From the NCBI GenBank assembly GCA_042584585.1, contig JBHOSQ010000008.1, positions 1 through 50,521 on the forward strand: DNA of 50,521 bases. Reading direction: 5' to 3'. The translations under genes were made by a program, and so were the position numbers. The notes under the pieces were generated by a model. The model searched no databases. It had not been told where the DNA came from and was given only the letters and a program-made list of their open reading frames with translations. The stretch comes from an archaeon (GTDB taxonomy: Archaea; B1Sed10-29; WALL01). Of the stretch, positions 22,218 through 31,199 are shown in pieces (position 1 is the first letter of the stretch; each line of letters begins with the position of its first letter).

Positions 22218-23483
22218 ATGGCAGACAAACCACACATGAACCTCGTTTTCATTGGCCACGTAGACCACGGGAAGTCTACCCTAGTTGGTAGGATACTTTA
22301 CAACACCGGCGCGGTCGACGAAAACACCATGAGGAAGCTGAGAGAGGAAGCGGAAAAGCTCGGCAAGGCAACTTTCGAGTTCGCTTTCGTAATGGACAGG
22401 GTCAAAGAAGAGCGCGAACGCGGTGTTACCATCGACCTCGCGCACCGGGAGTTCAAGACCGATAAATTTTACTTTACGATCATTGACGCCCCCGGACACA
22501 GAGACTTTGTCAAGAACATGATTACTGGCGCTTCGCAGGCAGACGCTGCGGTGCTGGTGGTTGACGTCAAGGATGGCGTACAGCCCCAGACCAAGGAACA
22601 CGCGTTCCTTTCACGGACTCTGGGCATCAAGCAGCTAGTTGTTGCGGTCAACAAGATGGACGCAGTCGACTTCGCGGAAGACAAGTACAACGAAACCAAG
22701 GACGCGGTCGCGGCGCTGCTTAAGACCATCGGGTACCAGACGGACACTATTCCGTTCATCCCGACGAGTGCTTACGCCGACGCAAACATCACCACCAAGA
22801 GTGACAAGACCGGCTGGTACAAGGGCCCCATAATGATTGACGCGCTGAACGCGCTCGGGGTGCCCGAGAAGCCAACCGGAAAGCCGCTCAGGCTGCCCGT
22901 GCAGGACGTCTATACCATCACTGGTATCGGAACCGTGCCTGTGGGCCGCGTCGAGACTGGGATGCTGAAGATTGGCCAGGCCATTGTCGTTTCGCCTTCG
23001 GGCGCAAAGGGCGAGGTCAAAACCATTGAGATGCACCACCAGCAGATGCAAGAAGCAGGACCGGGCGACAACGTTGGGTTCAACGTTCGTGGCATCGGCA
23101 AAAAGGACATCAAGCGCGGTGACGTTATTGGCTCGACAGACAGCCCGCCGACCGTCGCCAAGGAGTTCATCGCACAGATCGTGGTGCTACAGCACCCAAG
23201 CGCGATTACGGCTGGATACACCCCCGTGTTCCACTGCCACACCGCGCAGGTCGCGTGCACTTTGACCGAGCTCCAGAAGAAGCTTGACCCCAAGACGGGT
23301 GGCGTCCTCGAAGAGAACCCCAAGTTCTTGAAGACGGGCGACGTTGCCATTGTCAAGGTGATGCCGAGCAGGCCACTTTGTATCGAAAGCGCGAAGGACT
23401 TCCCCGAACTCGGACGGTTCGCCGTTCGTGACATGGGACAGACCGTCGCCGCTGGAATGGTACAGGCGGTTACGCCGAAGTAA
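22218..23483 (+). CDS. tuf: Elongation factor EF-1 alpha
   Basis: [30 protein letters not shown]. Confidence 0.98.
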   Translation: MADKPHMNLVFIGHVDHGKSTLVGRILYNTGAVDENTMRKLREEAEKLGKATFEFAFVMDRVKEERERGVTIDLAHREFKTDKFYFTIIDAPGHRDFVKNMITGASQADAAVLVVDVKDGVQPQTKEHAFLSRTLGIKQLVVAVNKMDAVDFAEDKYNETKDAVAALLKTIGYQTDTIPFIPTSAYADANITTKSDKTGWYKGPIMIDALNALGVPEKPTGKPLRLPVQDVYTITGIGTVPVGRVETGMLKIGQAIVVSPSGAKGEVKTIEMHHQQMQEAGPGDNVGFNVRGIGKKDIKRGDVIGSTDSPPTVAKEFIAQIVVLQHPSAITAGYTPVFHCHTAQVACTLTELQKKLDPKTGGVLEENPKFLKTGDVAIVKVMPSRPLCIESAKDFPELGRFAVRDMGQTVAAGMVQAVTPK

Positions 23484-23486
23484 ACC

Positions 23487-23522
23487 GGGGGGAATTCTTT
23501 CCTCCCCCTTTTTTCATTTTTA
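23487..23522 (+). terminator. Hairpin plus T-tract after tuf
   Basis: GGGGGGAA..TTCCTCCCCC followed by TTTTTT. Confidence 0.5.
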
Positions 23523-23533
23523 GGGAATGATGT

Positions 23534-23854
23534 ATGATGACGCAGGTTGCGACCGTAAAGCTGACAGGGCCGGACTTCAAGAGATTGGACAGTGTCTGTG
23601 ACCAGATTAAGGACATTTGCCAGAAGACTGGGGCCAAGGTTAGCGGGCCGGTTCCCCTGCCGACCAAGAAACTGAAGCTGCCCGTGCGCAAGTCGCCTTG
23701 TGGCGACGGCTCGGAAACTTTCGAACACTGGCAGATGAGGATTCACAAGAGGCTCCTCAACATCGAGACCGACGAAAGGACACTGAGGCAAGTAATGCGC
23801 GTGCAGGTCCCGGACCAGGTCCACATCGAAATCGAGCTCAAGGAAGCTTCTTGA
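23534..23854 (+). CDS. rpsJ: Ribosomal protein uS10
   Basis: GPVPLPTK, RKSPCGDG, WQMRIHKRL. Confidence 0.97.
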   Translation: MMTQVATVKLTGPDFKRLDSVCDQIKDICQKTGAKVSGPVPLPTKKLKLPVRKSPCGDGSETFEHWQMRIHKRLLNIETDERTLRQVMRVQVPDQVHIEIELKEAS

Positions 23855-23917
23855 GCCCTCGTTTTCTGCAAGGTTTTTAAGGCATAGTGCGAACAATAGG
23901 TGTCGCTGGAACATTAG

Positions 23918-24004
23918 GTCTCTGGGAATCGCAGATTCCCTGTGGCCCGACGTTGACCCCAAGTCAACGTCCAGACGCAACGTGCCAGCTTAGTTTAAGC
24001 TGCT
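23918..24004 (+). repeat. Modular palindromic element E6, abutting tRNA-Ser 5' end
   Basis: GTCTCT-GGGAATC/GATTCCC-GACGTTGAC/GTCAACGTC-AACGTGCC-AGCTTAGTTTAAGCT-GCT. Confidence 0.9.
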
Positions 24005-24088
24005 GCTGAGGTGGCAGAATCCGGTTATCGCGCTGGTCTCGAAAACCAGTGTCCTCTGGACTTGCAGGTTCAAATCCTGCCCTCAGCG
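24005..24088 (+). tRNA. tRNA-Ser(CGA)
   Basis: GCTGAGG/CCTCAGC acceptor, G73; CTGGT-CTCGAAA-ACCAG; long variable arm. Confidence 0.95.
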
Positions 24089-24118
24089 CTCAACCCTTTT
24101 TCTGTTACTGACTAGTAA

Positions 24119-24457
24119 CTAACTCTTTTTCCCCATCTTCTTGAAAATCCCATACAACTCTTTCCAGGCCCCGAGGTACTCGTCCACCGCACCCCTCCCC
24201 TCGGGCGTCAGGCGGTAGAGTGTGCGGGTGCGCTTCTTCTTGGGCTCCAGCAAGCCCTTCTTGACCATGCGCTTCAACAGGGGATAGAGGCTGCCGGACT
24301 TGACCTTCCACACGCCGGGCATCTTCGTGGTGAGCTTCTTCATTATCCCATAGCCGTGCAGCGGGCGGCTGCGCAGGCTAAGCAGGACAAGGAACTCCAG
24401 CCGCGTCAGCTTGTGCGTCGGCTTTTTTTGGACGAGGGACATTATGTCGAAACTCAT
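24119..24457 (-). CDS. PadR family transcriptional regulator
   Basis: LVLLSL..RPLHGYGI, GSLYPLLKRM..GLL, YRLTPEG. Confidence 0.93.
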   Translation of the reverse strand: MSFDIMSLVQKKPTHKLTRLEFLVLLSLRSRPLHGYGIMKKLTTKMPGVWKVKSGSLYPLLKRMVKKGLLEPKKKRTRTLYRLTPEGRGAVDEYLGAWKELYGIFKKMGKKS

Positions 24458-24473
24458 ACGAAAACCTACATGT

Positions 24474-24512
24474 ATGTATTTTTGATACATATAGATACAC
24501 TACCTATATAAA
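24474..24512. promoter_or_regulatory. Inverted repeat ATGTAT-N5-ATACAT (putative PadR operator) and TATA box of the divergent gene
   Basis: IR at 24474-24490; TATATAAA at 24505-24512. Confidence 0.5.
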
Positions 24513-24600
24513 TAGAAATTGGTGGGCATGGTAAAACAGGCCGAAACGGCAAGGCATACCTCCTAAGCCGTTCGGCCCATCAGATAATAGGTGTAAAAAA

Positions 24601-24708
24601 ATGGCAGCCAAGAAGAAAGCGGTCAAAAAGACCGCAACCAAGACAAAGGCCAAGACAAAGCCCAAGGCAAAGGCAAAACCCGCTAAGAAGGCCAAGAAGA
24701 AGAAGTAA
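24601..24708 (+). CDS. 35-aa Lys/Ala/Thr-rich basic peptide (histone H1-tail-like); below the ORF-track cutoff
   Basis: MAAKKKAVKKTATKTKAKTKPKAKAKPAKKAKKKK; AGGTG RBS, upstream TATA, downstream hairpin. Confidence 0.75.
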   Translation: MAAKKKAVKKTATKTKAKTKPKAKAKPAKKAKKKK

Positions 24709-24766
24709 TCTTCAAAACCCTTGGGGGCGCCAAGCGGCGCCCCCCCCTATTTTCGGGGGTGAAAAC

Positions 24767-24814
24767 ATGGATCGCATGTATGACGAGGACTGGGACGAAA
24801 ACGACGAAGACTGA
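24767..24814 (+). CDS. Possible 15-aa acidic micro-peptide MDRMYDEDWDENDED
   Basis: GGGGTGA Shine-Dalgarno just upstream of ATG; flanked by GC hairpins at 24723-24744 and 24834-24853. Confidence 0.4.
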   Translation: MDRMYDEDWDENDED

Positions 24815-24885
24815 GACTAATCCTTCTTTCTTTGGGGGGCCTTCCCGCCCCCCATATAATTTTATAGGCTGGGCACTCCAATAAA

Positions 24886-25656
24886 GTGATGCGATTCGCT
24901 GGGCTAATGGCATTGTTATTGTTGCTAGGCGTGGCCCTAGCGTGCGACGCGGCGATTGGCAACGTCGTTATTGGCTCATCCCCGAACTGCCCCCAGGGCG
25001 TTGCTCCGGGAGAAGCAGAAGTCTACAAGGGCGAAGAGTTTTACGTCTGCGGCAACGCATACTTGACGGGAGAACTTGTGGTTGCCGGGGAAGTGTGGGG
25101 AAAAGAGCCGCAGCTGATGGACGCCAATTCGCAGGTGGTGAACGGGTGGTTCTCGCTCCTTGGGTCTGCAGACGTCACTGGCCACAAGTACCACTACATC
25201 AACGTCTCGCTACAGCAGCCATGCGAAAAAGAGCTTGAGTCAATCGCGCTCGAAATCAAGGACAGCTGCGTCATGCTGCCGCCGAGCACCATTGAGGCGG
25301 TGCCGGACATAATCACGGTGGGGCAGGAATTCACACTCCAGGTCAAGAACCCGGACCGCGAAATGGAAATGCGGGTGACCGGGCTTGCCTCTCAGGTAAA
25401 CACGGGCATAACCAGTGGCTGGTCACAAACATTTTCGTCAAGCGACTGCAGCCCACTTGGGCCGTGCATAATCCACTTCGAGTTCACCGACTCCCAACAC
25501 GAAATCTGTGTGGCAAGCGCCGACGTCGTGGTCACCGTCAGGGCATTGCCCGAGGAGCCGCCGGCCGAAGAAGAAGACAGCACGCTCCTGTTCGTGACGC
25601 TCGGCGTTTTGATTCTTGGGACTGCCGGGGCAGTACTACTCAACAGGTATTTGTGA
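24886..25656 (+). CDS. Secreted, C-terminally anchored Cys-containing surface protein
   Basis: Signal peptide, beta-rich body, acidic linker, C-terminal TM. Confidence 0.75.
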   Translation: MMRFAGLMALLLLLGVALACDAAIGNVVIGSSPNCPQGVAPGEAEVYKGEEFYVCGNAYLTGELVVAGEVWGKEPQLMDANSQVVNGWFSLLGSADVTGHKYHYINVSLQQPCEKELESIALEIKDSCVMLPPSTIEAVPDIITVGQEFTLQVKNPDREMEMRVTGLASQVNTGITSGWSQTFSSSDCSPLGPCIIHFEFTDSQHEICVASADVVVTVRALPEEPPAEEEDSTLLFVTLGVLILGTAGAVLLNRYL

Positions 25657-26063
25657 TGCACAAAACAATCGAGCACGAGGCCGACGTCGGGATAGTCGCT
25701 TCCGGCGAGACGTGGGAAGACGCCTTTGCCGAGGGCGCTTTGGCGATGCTGGGCGTCATGGCGGACATCGAAAAAGTCGAGCCACTGCAGGAAGTCAAGA
25801 TACAGGCCCAGGCCAACGACAGGGACGCGTTGTTCGTGGAATTCTTGAACGAAATCCTGTTCTTGAGGGACGCCGAGGACTTGTTTTTGAGCAAGTTCGA
25901 GATAAAGATTGGCGATGGCTCGCTGGCTGGAAAGGCGTGGGGAGAAAAAATCGGGCAGGAAAAGCACGGCGTCAAGATTGAAGTGAAAGCGGCCACGTAT
26001 TCTGGGCTGAAGACCTGGGAAGAAAACGGGAAAAAGTTCGTGCAGTGCGTGCTGGACGTGTGA
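25656..26063 (+). CDS. Archease (RtcB cofactor)
   Basis: EHEADVG, FLNEILF, EVKAATY, VLDV C-terminus. Confidence 0.95.
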   Translation: MHKTIEHEADVGIVASGETWEDAFAEGALAMLGVMADIEKVEPLQEVKIQAQANDRDALFVEFLNEILFLRDAEDLFLSKFEIKIGDGSLAGKAWGEKIGQEKHGVKIEVKAATYSGLKTWEENGKKFVQCVLDV

Positions 26064-26066
26064 AAA

Positions 26067-26339
26067 ATGGAGAGAAAAAAGCTTGTGGCCATTGTGGTTG
26101 TATTGGTGATTGCGCTAGTGTTCTTCTTCCCAAAACCCGCGGGACGCGGGAGTTGTGGGATGTGTGTGCCGGGCCAATACAAATGGACCGAGCAGGAATG
26201 TTTTGGCCTAAAGAACGTCTTCACCGAAACTAGGTGCGCGGACTGCGCGCCACAAATGGATTGCCACGGAATCCCCTACGGAGAAGAAACTTGCTATACC
26301 TCTTCCGAGGAGCCAAGACAAGAAGTGAGTTGCGAATGA
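26067..26339 (+). CDS. Small Cys-rich membrane-anchored protein
   Basis: N-terminal TM, FFPK motif, 8 Cys; tightly packed between archease and rtcB. Confidence 0.7.
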   Translation: MERKKLVAIVVVLVIALVFFFPKPAGRGSCGMCVPGQYKWTEQECFGLKNVFTETRCADCAPQMDCHGIPYGEETCYTSSEEPRQEVSCE

Positions 26340-27766
26340 AAATAGAAGAGACCGAGCACTTCGTGTGGGAAGTCGAGGCCCACGGCGACATGCTAGTGCC
26401 AGGAAGGATTTACGCTGACGACGAAATCATGGGGCACCTGCGCAAGGGCTTGGCCAAGAAATGGAGTGCGCTGCAGCAGATTGTGAACGTGGCTTCTTTG
26501 CCGGGGATACAAAAGTACTCACTCGCGATGAGTGACGTGCACCCCGGATACGGCTTTCCCATAGGCGGAGTCGGGGCTTTTGATACTGCGGAGGGGATGA
26601 TAATGGTCGGGGGCGTCGGGTTCGACGTCAACTGCGGCGTGCGCGTGATGAAGACGCCGCTGGTGCGCAAAGACATCGAGGGGAAAAAGAAGGAAATCGC
26701 GCAAGCGCTTTTCGACGGGGTGCCCGCGGGGCTGGGGAGCACCGGGGACCTGCGGCTGAGCGAGTCGGAGATTGACGAAGTGCTTGTCGAGGGCGCCAAG
26801 TACGCGGTCGACAAGGGCTATGGGATAAAAAGCGATTTGGAATACACCGAGGCCAACGGCAGGGTCGGCGGGGCGCTGCCGGAAGCCGTGTCGCACAAGG
26901 CAAAGCAGCGGCAGTTCAAGCAAGTCGGGACGCTGGGCAGCGGGAACCATTACCTGGAAGTCCAGTGCGTGGACGAAGTGTTTGACGAAAAGGCCGCGAA
27001 GGCGTTTGGGCTGAAGAAGGACCAGGTGCTGGTCGCAATCCACTGTGGTTCTAGGGCCCTGGGGCATCAAGTGGGCACTGATTATTTACAGACATTGGAC
27101 AATGCCATGAAGAAGTACGGGCTAAAGGTTCTGGAGCGGGAATTGGTCGGCGCGCCTTTTGAAAGTGAGGAAGGGCAGCAGTACTTCGGGGCAGTTAATG
27201 CTGCCATTAATACTGCGTTCGCGAACCGGCAGGTAATCGCGCACTTGGCGAGGCAGCAGTTCGTGAAAGTGTTCGGGATTGGCGAAGAAGAATTCACGCA
27301 GCTTTATGATATTGGGCACAACACGGCGAAACTGGAGAGGCACGGTGGGAAGGAATTGATTGTGCACCGGAAGGGCGCGACGCGGGCGTTCGGCCCGGGG
27401 GACAAAGAAGTTCCAAAGGATTATCGCGCCATCGGGCAGCCCGTGCTGATTGGCGGGACCATGGGGACCTGCAGTTACGTGCTGCACGGCACGGAGACCG
27501 GGATGAAAGAGACGTTCGGGAGCAGTTGCCACGGCGCCGGGAGGCGGATGAGCCGGGTCCAGGCCAAGAAACAGTGGTGGGGCGACACCGTGCAGGAAGA
27601 ATTGGCGGCGAAAGGCATTCTTGTGATGGGGCACTCAAAGTCCGGGCTGGCCGAAGAGGCGCCCGGCGCGTACAAGGACGTGGACGAGGTCGTGGGCGTG
27701 ATGCACGAGACTGATATTGCGAGAAAGGTCGTTAAGGTGGTTCCGCTGGTAAATGTGAAGGGCTAA
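26336..27766 (+). CDS. rtcB: tRNA-splicing RNA ligase RtcB
   Basis: DVHPGYGFPIG, GFDVNCG, GTLGSGNHYLE, HCGSR, HNTAK, HGAGR, EEAP.AYKD. Confidence 0.97.
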   Translation: MKIEETEHFVWEVEAHGDMLVPGRIYADDEIMGHLRKGLAKKWSALQQIVNVASLPGIQKYSLAMSDVHPGYGFPIGGVGAFDTAEGMIMVGGVGFDVNCGVRVMKTPLVRKDIEGKKKEIAQALFDGVPAGLGSTGDLRLSESEIDEVLVEGAKYAVDKGYGIKSDLEYTEANGRVGGALPEAVSHKAKQRQFKQVGTLGSGNHYLEVQCVDEVFDEKAAKAFGLKKDQVLVAIHCGSRALGHQVGTDYLQTLDNAMKKYGLKVLERELVGAPFESEEGQQYFGAVNAAINTAFANRQVIAHLARQQFVKVFGIGEEEFTQLYDIGHNTAKLERHGGKELIVHRKGATRAFGPGDKEVPKDYRAIGQPVLIGGTMGTCSYVLHGTETGMKETFGSSCHGAGRRMSRVQAKKQWWGDTVQEELAAKGILVMGHSKSGLAEEAPGAYKDVDEVVGVMHETDIARKVVKVVPLVNVKG

Positions 27767-27787
27767 CGTTTTTATACCCCGGATTGG

Positions 27788-28360
27788 TTGATGATAGCAA
27801 TGGCTGCCAAGGAAATGGTCAAGGAAGTCAAGGGACTTCTCGCAGAAGGGTATTCTGTTGACAAGGTAAAGGCAAATCTCCTTAAAATCGGGTTCAGTGA
27901 CGAAGAAACCGGTGAAATCATTGCCGAGGCAAGCGGGCAAATCGCCGCGGCAGTTCCTGCTGCACCAGCGGCGCCTGTTGCACCAGCTATAGAGGAGGCG
28001 CCGGCATCACTCCCGCCTGTCGAAATGCCTGAGCTGTCGATTGAGGCGGCGAGTGACGAAGACCTGCTCCTTTCGGCGGCTGGACAAGTCGCGGAGCTTC
28101 CTGAGCCGGCTGCACCAGCGGCGCCCGTGGCGCCAAAGCCAGCGGAAGAGCGTAGGCACCACAGGCACCACCACGAGAAAGCAGGGGAGCCGAAGCCGCC
28201 CGCGATAATGGCGGCGCCCGGGGAAGTAAAGGAAGAGCACGACGCTGCTCCCCCCAGTGGCGCCAAAAAAGCCGTTATTATCTTCGTTATCGCTTTCATA
28301 GCCATATTGGTAATGGCGTATTTCCTTGCGTTCCCGAAACTCGGGATAACGCTGTTTTAA
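27788..28360 (+). CDS. Tail-anchored protein with Pro/Ala/Glu-rich linker and His cluster
   Basis: Helical N-domain (EGYSVDKVKANLLKIGFS), low-complexity linker, C-terminal TM. Confidence 0.75.
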   Translation: MMIAMAAKEMVKEVKGLLAEGYSVDKVKANLLKIGFSDEETGEIIAEASGQIAAAVPAAPAAPVAPAIEEAPASLPPVEMPELSIEAASDEDLLLSAAGQVAELPEPAAPAAPVAPKPAEERRHHRHHHEKAGEPKPPAIMAAPGEVKEEHDAAPPSGAKKAVIIFVIAFIAILVMAYFLAFPKLGITLF

Positions 28361-28370
28361 GGGGAAAAGG

Positions 28371-28384
28371 GAAACGTTTATAAA
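28371..28384 (+). promoter_or_regulatory. BRE/TATA promoter of the uL3 superoperon
   Basis: GAAACGTTTATAAA. Confidence 0.8.
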
Positions 28385-28401
28385 CAAAACTATTTACAAA
28401 T

Positions 28402-28456
28402 GTGCCGACTCCCCTGAACCAGGGTGGTCTGCCAATTTCTTGGCATAGTCCGGCAT
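28402..28456 (+). promoter_or_regulatory. Putative structured 5' leader (three-way junction) of the uL3 operon
   Basis: GTGCCGACT/AGTCCGGCAT closing stem, CCCTG/CAGGG and TGCCAA/TTGGCA hairpins. Confidence 0.5.
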
Positions 28457-28482
28457 TCATTAGCTATGGGTATCGATGCGCT

Positions 28483-29457
28483 ATGGCAAAAGCAACTGCA
28501 CCCCGAAGAGGAAGCCTCGCCTTCTCCCCCAGGAAGAAGGCGAAGAAGCAATATTCTACCGCCAGGTCTTGGAAGGCACAGGAAGGAAAGATGCTGATGG
28601 GGTTTGCCGGCTATAAGGCCGGGATGACCCACGTCCATGCCATTGACAAGCAAAAAACCAGCCCATCCTTCGAACAAAAAATCATTCTTCCCGCGACCAT
28701 CATTGAGTGTCCCCCCCTAAAAGTCTTCGGCGTCAGGGCGTACACGAAAACCAACGCCGGCTTGAGGTGCAGTGGCCAAGAAATGGCCGAAAAGCCCTCA
28801 AAAAACCTCGCGCGCAGAACCACTCCCGCCAAGAAAAAGAGCGAGAAAACCATTGACACTTCAACTGCTTCTCAAATCAGGCTGCTCGTGCACACGCAGC
28901 CAACTTTCAAAAAGACTCCAGAGCTATTCGAAATACCTGTTTCTGGCACAATCGAAGACGCGTACAAGTACGCCAAGGAAATGCTCGGCAAAGAAGTTGC
29001 CGTGGCAGACGTGTTCGAGCCCGGAATGTTCGTTGACGTTATTGGGGTAACAAAAGGCAAGGGAATGGAAGGCCCTGTCAAGCGGTGGGGCACAAGAATC
29101 CAGTACCGCAAAGCCCACGGATACCGCAGGCACGTCGGGTCAATCAACCCGTGGACGCCAACCCGCATCATGTGGACCTCGCTCATGGCAGGCCAAAAAG
29201 GCTACCAGCGCAGGACCGAGGCCAACAAAATGGTGCTGCAGGTCGGGGCGGACGGCAAGGAAGTCACGCCCAAGGGCGGCATCCCGAATTACGGGACAGT
29301 CAAGTCAAGTTACATTGTAGTCAAGGGCTCGGTGCCCGGACCCAAAAAGAGGGCGCTCATGATTCGCTTCGGCGTTCGTGTGTCCAAAAAAGACAAGGCG
29401 GCGCCAGAAGTCGAAGGCATTTCCACTGAATCACAGCAAGGGAGGGGTAGGTATTGA
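28483..29457 (+). CDS. rplC: Ribosomal protein uL3
   Basis: PRRGSLAFSPRK, GYKAGMTH, GVTKGKG..GPVKRWG, KGSVPGPKKR. Confidence 0.97.
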   Translation: MAKATAPRRGSLAFSPRKKAKKQYSTARSWKAQEGKMLMGFAGYKAGMTHVHAIDKQKTSPSFEQKIILPATIIECPPLKVFGVRAYTKTNAGLRCSGQEMAEKPSKNLARRTTPAKKKSEKTIDTSTASQIRLLVHTQPTFKKTPELFEIPVSGTIEDAYKYAKEMLGKEVAVADVFEPGMFVDVIGVTKGKGMEGPVKRWGTRIQYRKAHGYRRHVGSINPWTPTRIMWTSLMAGQKGYQRRTEANKMVLQVGADGKEVTPKGGIPNYGTVKSSYIVVKGSVPGPKKRALMIRFGVRVSKKDKAAPEVEGISTESQQGRGRY

Positions 29458-30248
29458 AGACACACGTTTACTCTGTTAGCGGCAAGAAAGGCAAGGAAAT
29501 CGCGCTCCCGGGCGTATTCAAGGCAAAGTACGCCCCCGAAGTAATCAAGCGCTCAGTAATCGCCAAGCAAAGCGAGGCGTTCCAGAAGAAGGGCAACGAC
29601 TTGCGTGCCGGCCTGAAGACCACTGCGGAGTACATTGGAAGGCGCTCAGCGTTCAGGACGGGCATAAACATCGCGAGGGCACGACTGCCGCGCATCAAAC
29701 CCGGTGGCGGAGGCCTTGGCCGCGTGGCCAGAGTTCCGCACGCCGTAGGGGGGCGCAGGGCACACCCACCGAAGGTAGAAAAAGTCATAGTCAAGCAAAT
29801 CAACAAGAAAGAGTCCGCAATCGCCATGAAATCCGCAATCGCGGCGACCGCGAACAAAAAATTGGTTGAGGCGCACGGCCACGCCGTGGAAGGCGTGGCA
29901 GAAGTCCCCATCGTGTTCGAGGACACGCTTGCGGGCATCGGAAAGACCAAAGAAGCCATAGCAGCGCTGGAAAGCGTTGGGCTGGGCAAGGACCTTGAGC
30001 GGGCAAAGAAAAAGAAGATTCGTGCCGGAAAGGCAACTCGCCGCGGCAAGAAGTACAAGACGCGAAAGTCTGTGCTCGTCGTCGTGACCGAGGGCGGCAA
30101 AGCATTCAAGAACGTGCCCGGCGTCGACGTGATGACCGCCAGGGCCATGAACATTGAATTGCTCGCGCCTGGGGCACAGGCGGGAAGGCTCACGGTGTAC
30201 ACTGAGTCCGCAATAAAGCAACTGGGTGAGAAGTATGGCAGCAGTTAA
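29454..30248 (+). CDS. rplD: Ribosomal protein uL4
   Basis: [26 protein letters not shown]; TTG start. Confidence 0.96.
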   Translation: MKTHVYSVSGKKGKEIALPGVFKAKYAPEVIKRSVIAKQSEAFQKKGNDLRAGLKTTAEYIGRRSAFRTGINIARARLPRIKPGGGGLGRVARVPHAVGGRRAHPPKVEKVIVKQINKKESAIAMKSAIAATANKKLVEAHGHAVEGVAEVPIVFEDTLAGIGKTKEAIAALESVGLGKDLERAKKKKIRAGKATRRGKKYKTRKSVLVVVTEGGKAFKNVPGVDVMTARAMNIELLAPGAQAGRLTVYTESAIKQLGEKYGSS

Positions 30249-30486
30249 GCACGCACTACTCACGGAAAAAGCAGTCGACTTGATCGAGAGGGAGAACAAG
30301 CTCGTCTTCCGAGTTGAGAACCGGGCGACGAAAGCCGAGATCAAGGCAGACGTCGAAAAAATGTACAACGTCAAGGTCGACAAGGTAAACACTTCGATTG
30401 ACATGCGCGGCCACAAAAAAGCCTTCGTCAAGCTGGCGAAGGGCAGCAGCGCTTCCGACATCGCGACCAAGCTAAACATACTGTGA
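30235..30486 (+). CDS. rplW: Ribosomal protein uL23
   Basis: TEKA..ENKLVF, KVNT, KKAFVKL. Confidence 0.96.
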   Translation: MAAVKHALLTEKAVDLIERENKLVFRVENRATKAEIKADVEKMYNVKVDKVNTSIDMRGHKKAFVKLAKGSSASDIATKLNIL

Positions 30487-30493
30487 TGCCGTT

Positions 30494-31195
30494 ATGGGAA
30501 AACCAATTACTCCACAAAAAAGGGGCAAGGGAAGCCCGCGCTACACAGCGCCAAGCCATCGCTTCAAGACCCAAGCCCACTACGTCCAAGGGGACCTGAA
30601 TGGCAAGGTAGTCGACTTGGTTGACGACCCGTCAAAAACAGGGATTGTCATGACCGTGCAGTGGGAGAATGGGCAAAAGGACATGTACCTGGCTCCCGAA
30701 GGCATCAGGATTAACGACGAAATCGCGCAGGGCGAAGGCGAAATCGCGCTTGGGAGCATCCTTAAGCTTGGGGACATTCCGGAGGGAGTCCCTATCTTCA
30801 ACATCGAGAACCAGCCAGGGGACGGCGGAAAGGCTGCCAGAGCCAGTGGCTCGAGCTCATACATAACCGCGAGGCGGGGCACCAAGGTACTGGTGCGCAT
30901 GCCGAGCAAGCGCATCAAGGCGTTCAACGCCAAGTGCCGTGCCACGATTGGTGTTTCTGCCGGTGGCGGAAGGACCGACAAGCCAATAGTTAAGGCAGGC
31001 CACCAATACCACAAGCGAAGGGCTCGGGGGCACCTGTTCCCGGTTGTCCGTGGTGTGGCAATGAACCCGATTGAGCACCCGCACGGTGGGTCACAGCACC
31101 ACGCCGGCAAGGCTACGACCGTCAAGAGGAGCACTTCGCCGGGAAGGAAGGTTGGGCACATCGCAGCCAGGCGCACAGGCAGGAAGAAGAGGTAA
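30494..31195 (+). CDS. rplB: Ribosomal protein uL2
   Basis: QKRGKGSP, VRGVAMNPIEHPHGG, KVGHIAARRTG. Confidence 0.97.
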   Translation: MGKPITPQKRGKGSPRYTAPSHRFKTQAHYVQGDLNGKVVDLVDDPSKTGIVMTVQWENGQKDMYLAPEGIRINDEIAQGEGEIALGSILKLGDIPEGVPIFNIENQPGDGGKAARASGSSSYITARRGTKVLVRMPSKRIKAFNAKCRATIGVSAGGGRTDKPIVKAGHQYHKRRARGHLFPVVRGVAMNPIEHPHGGSQHHAGKATTVKRSTSPGRKVGHIAARRTGRKKR

Positions 31196-31199
31196 TTAG

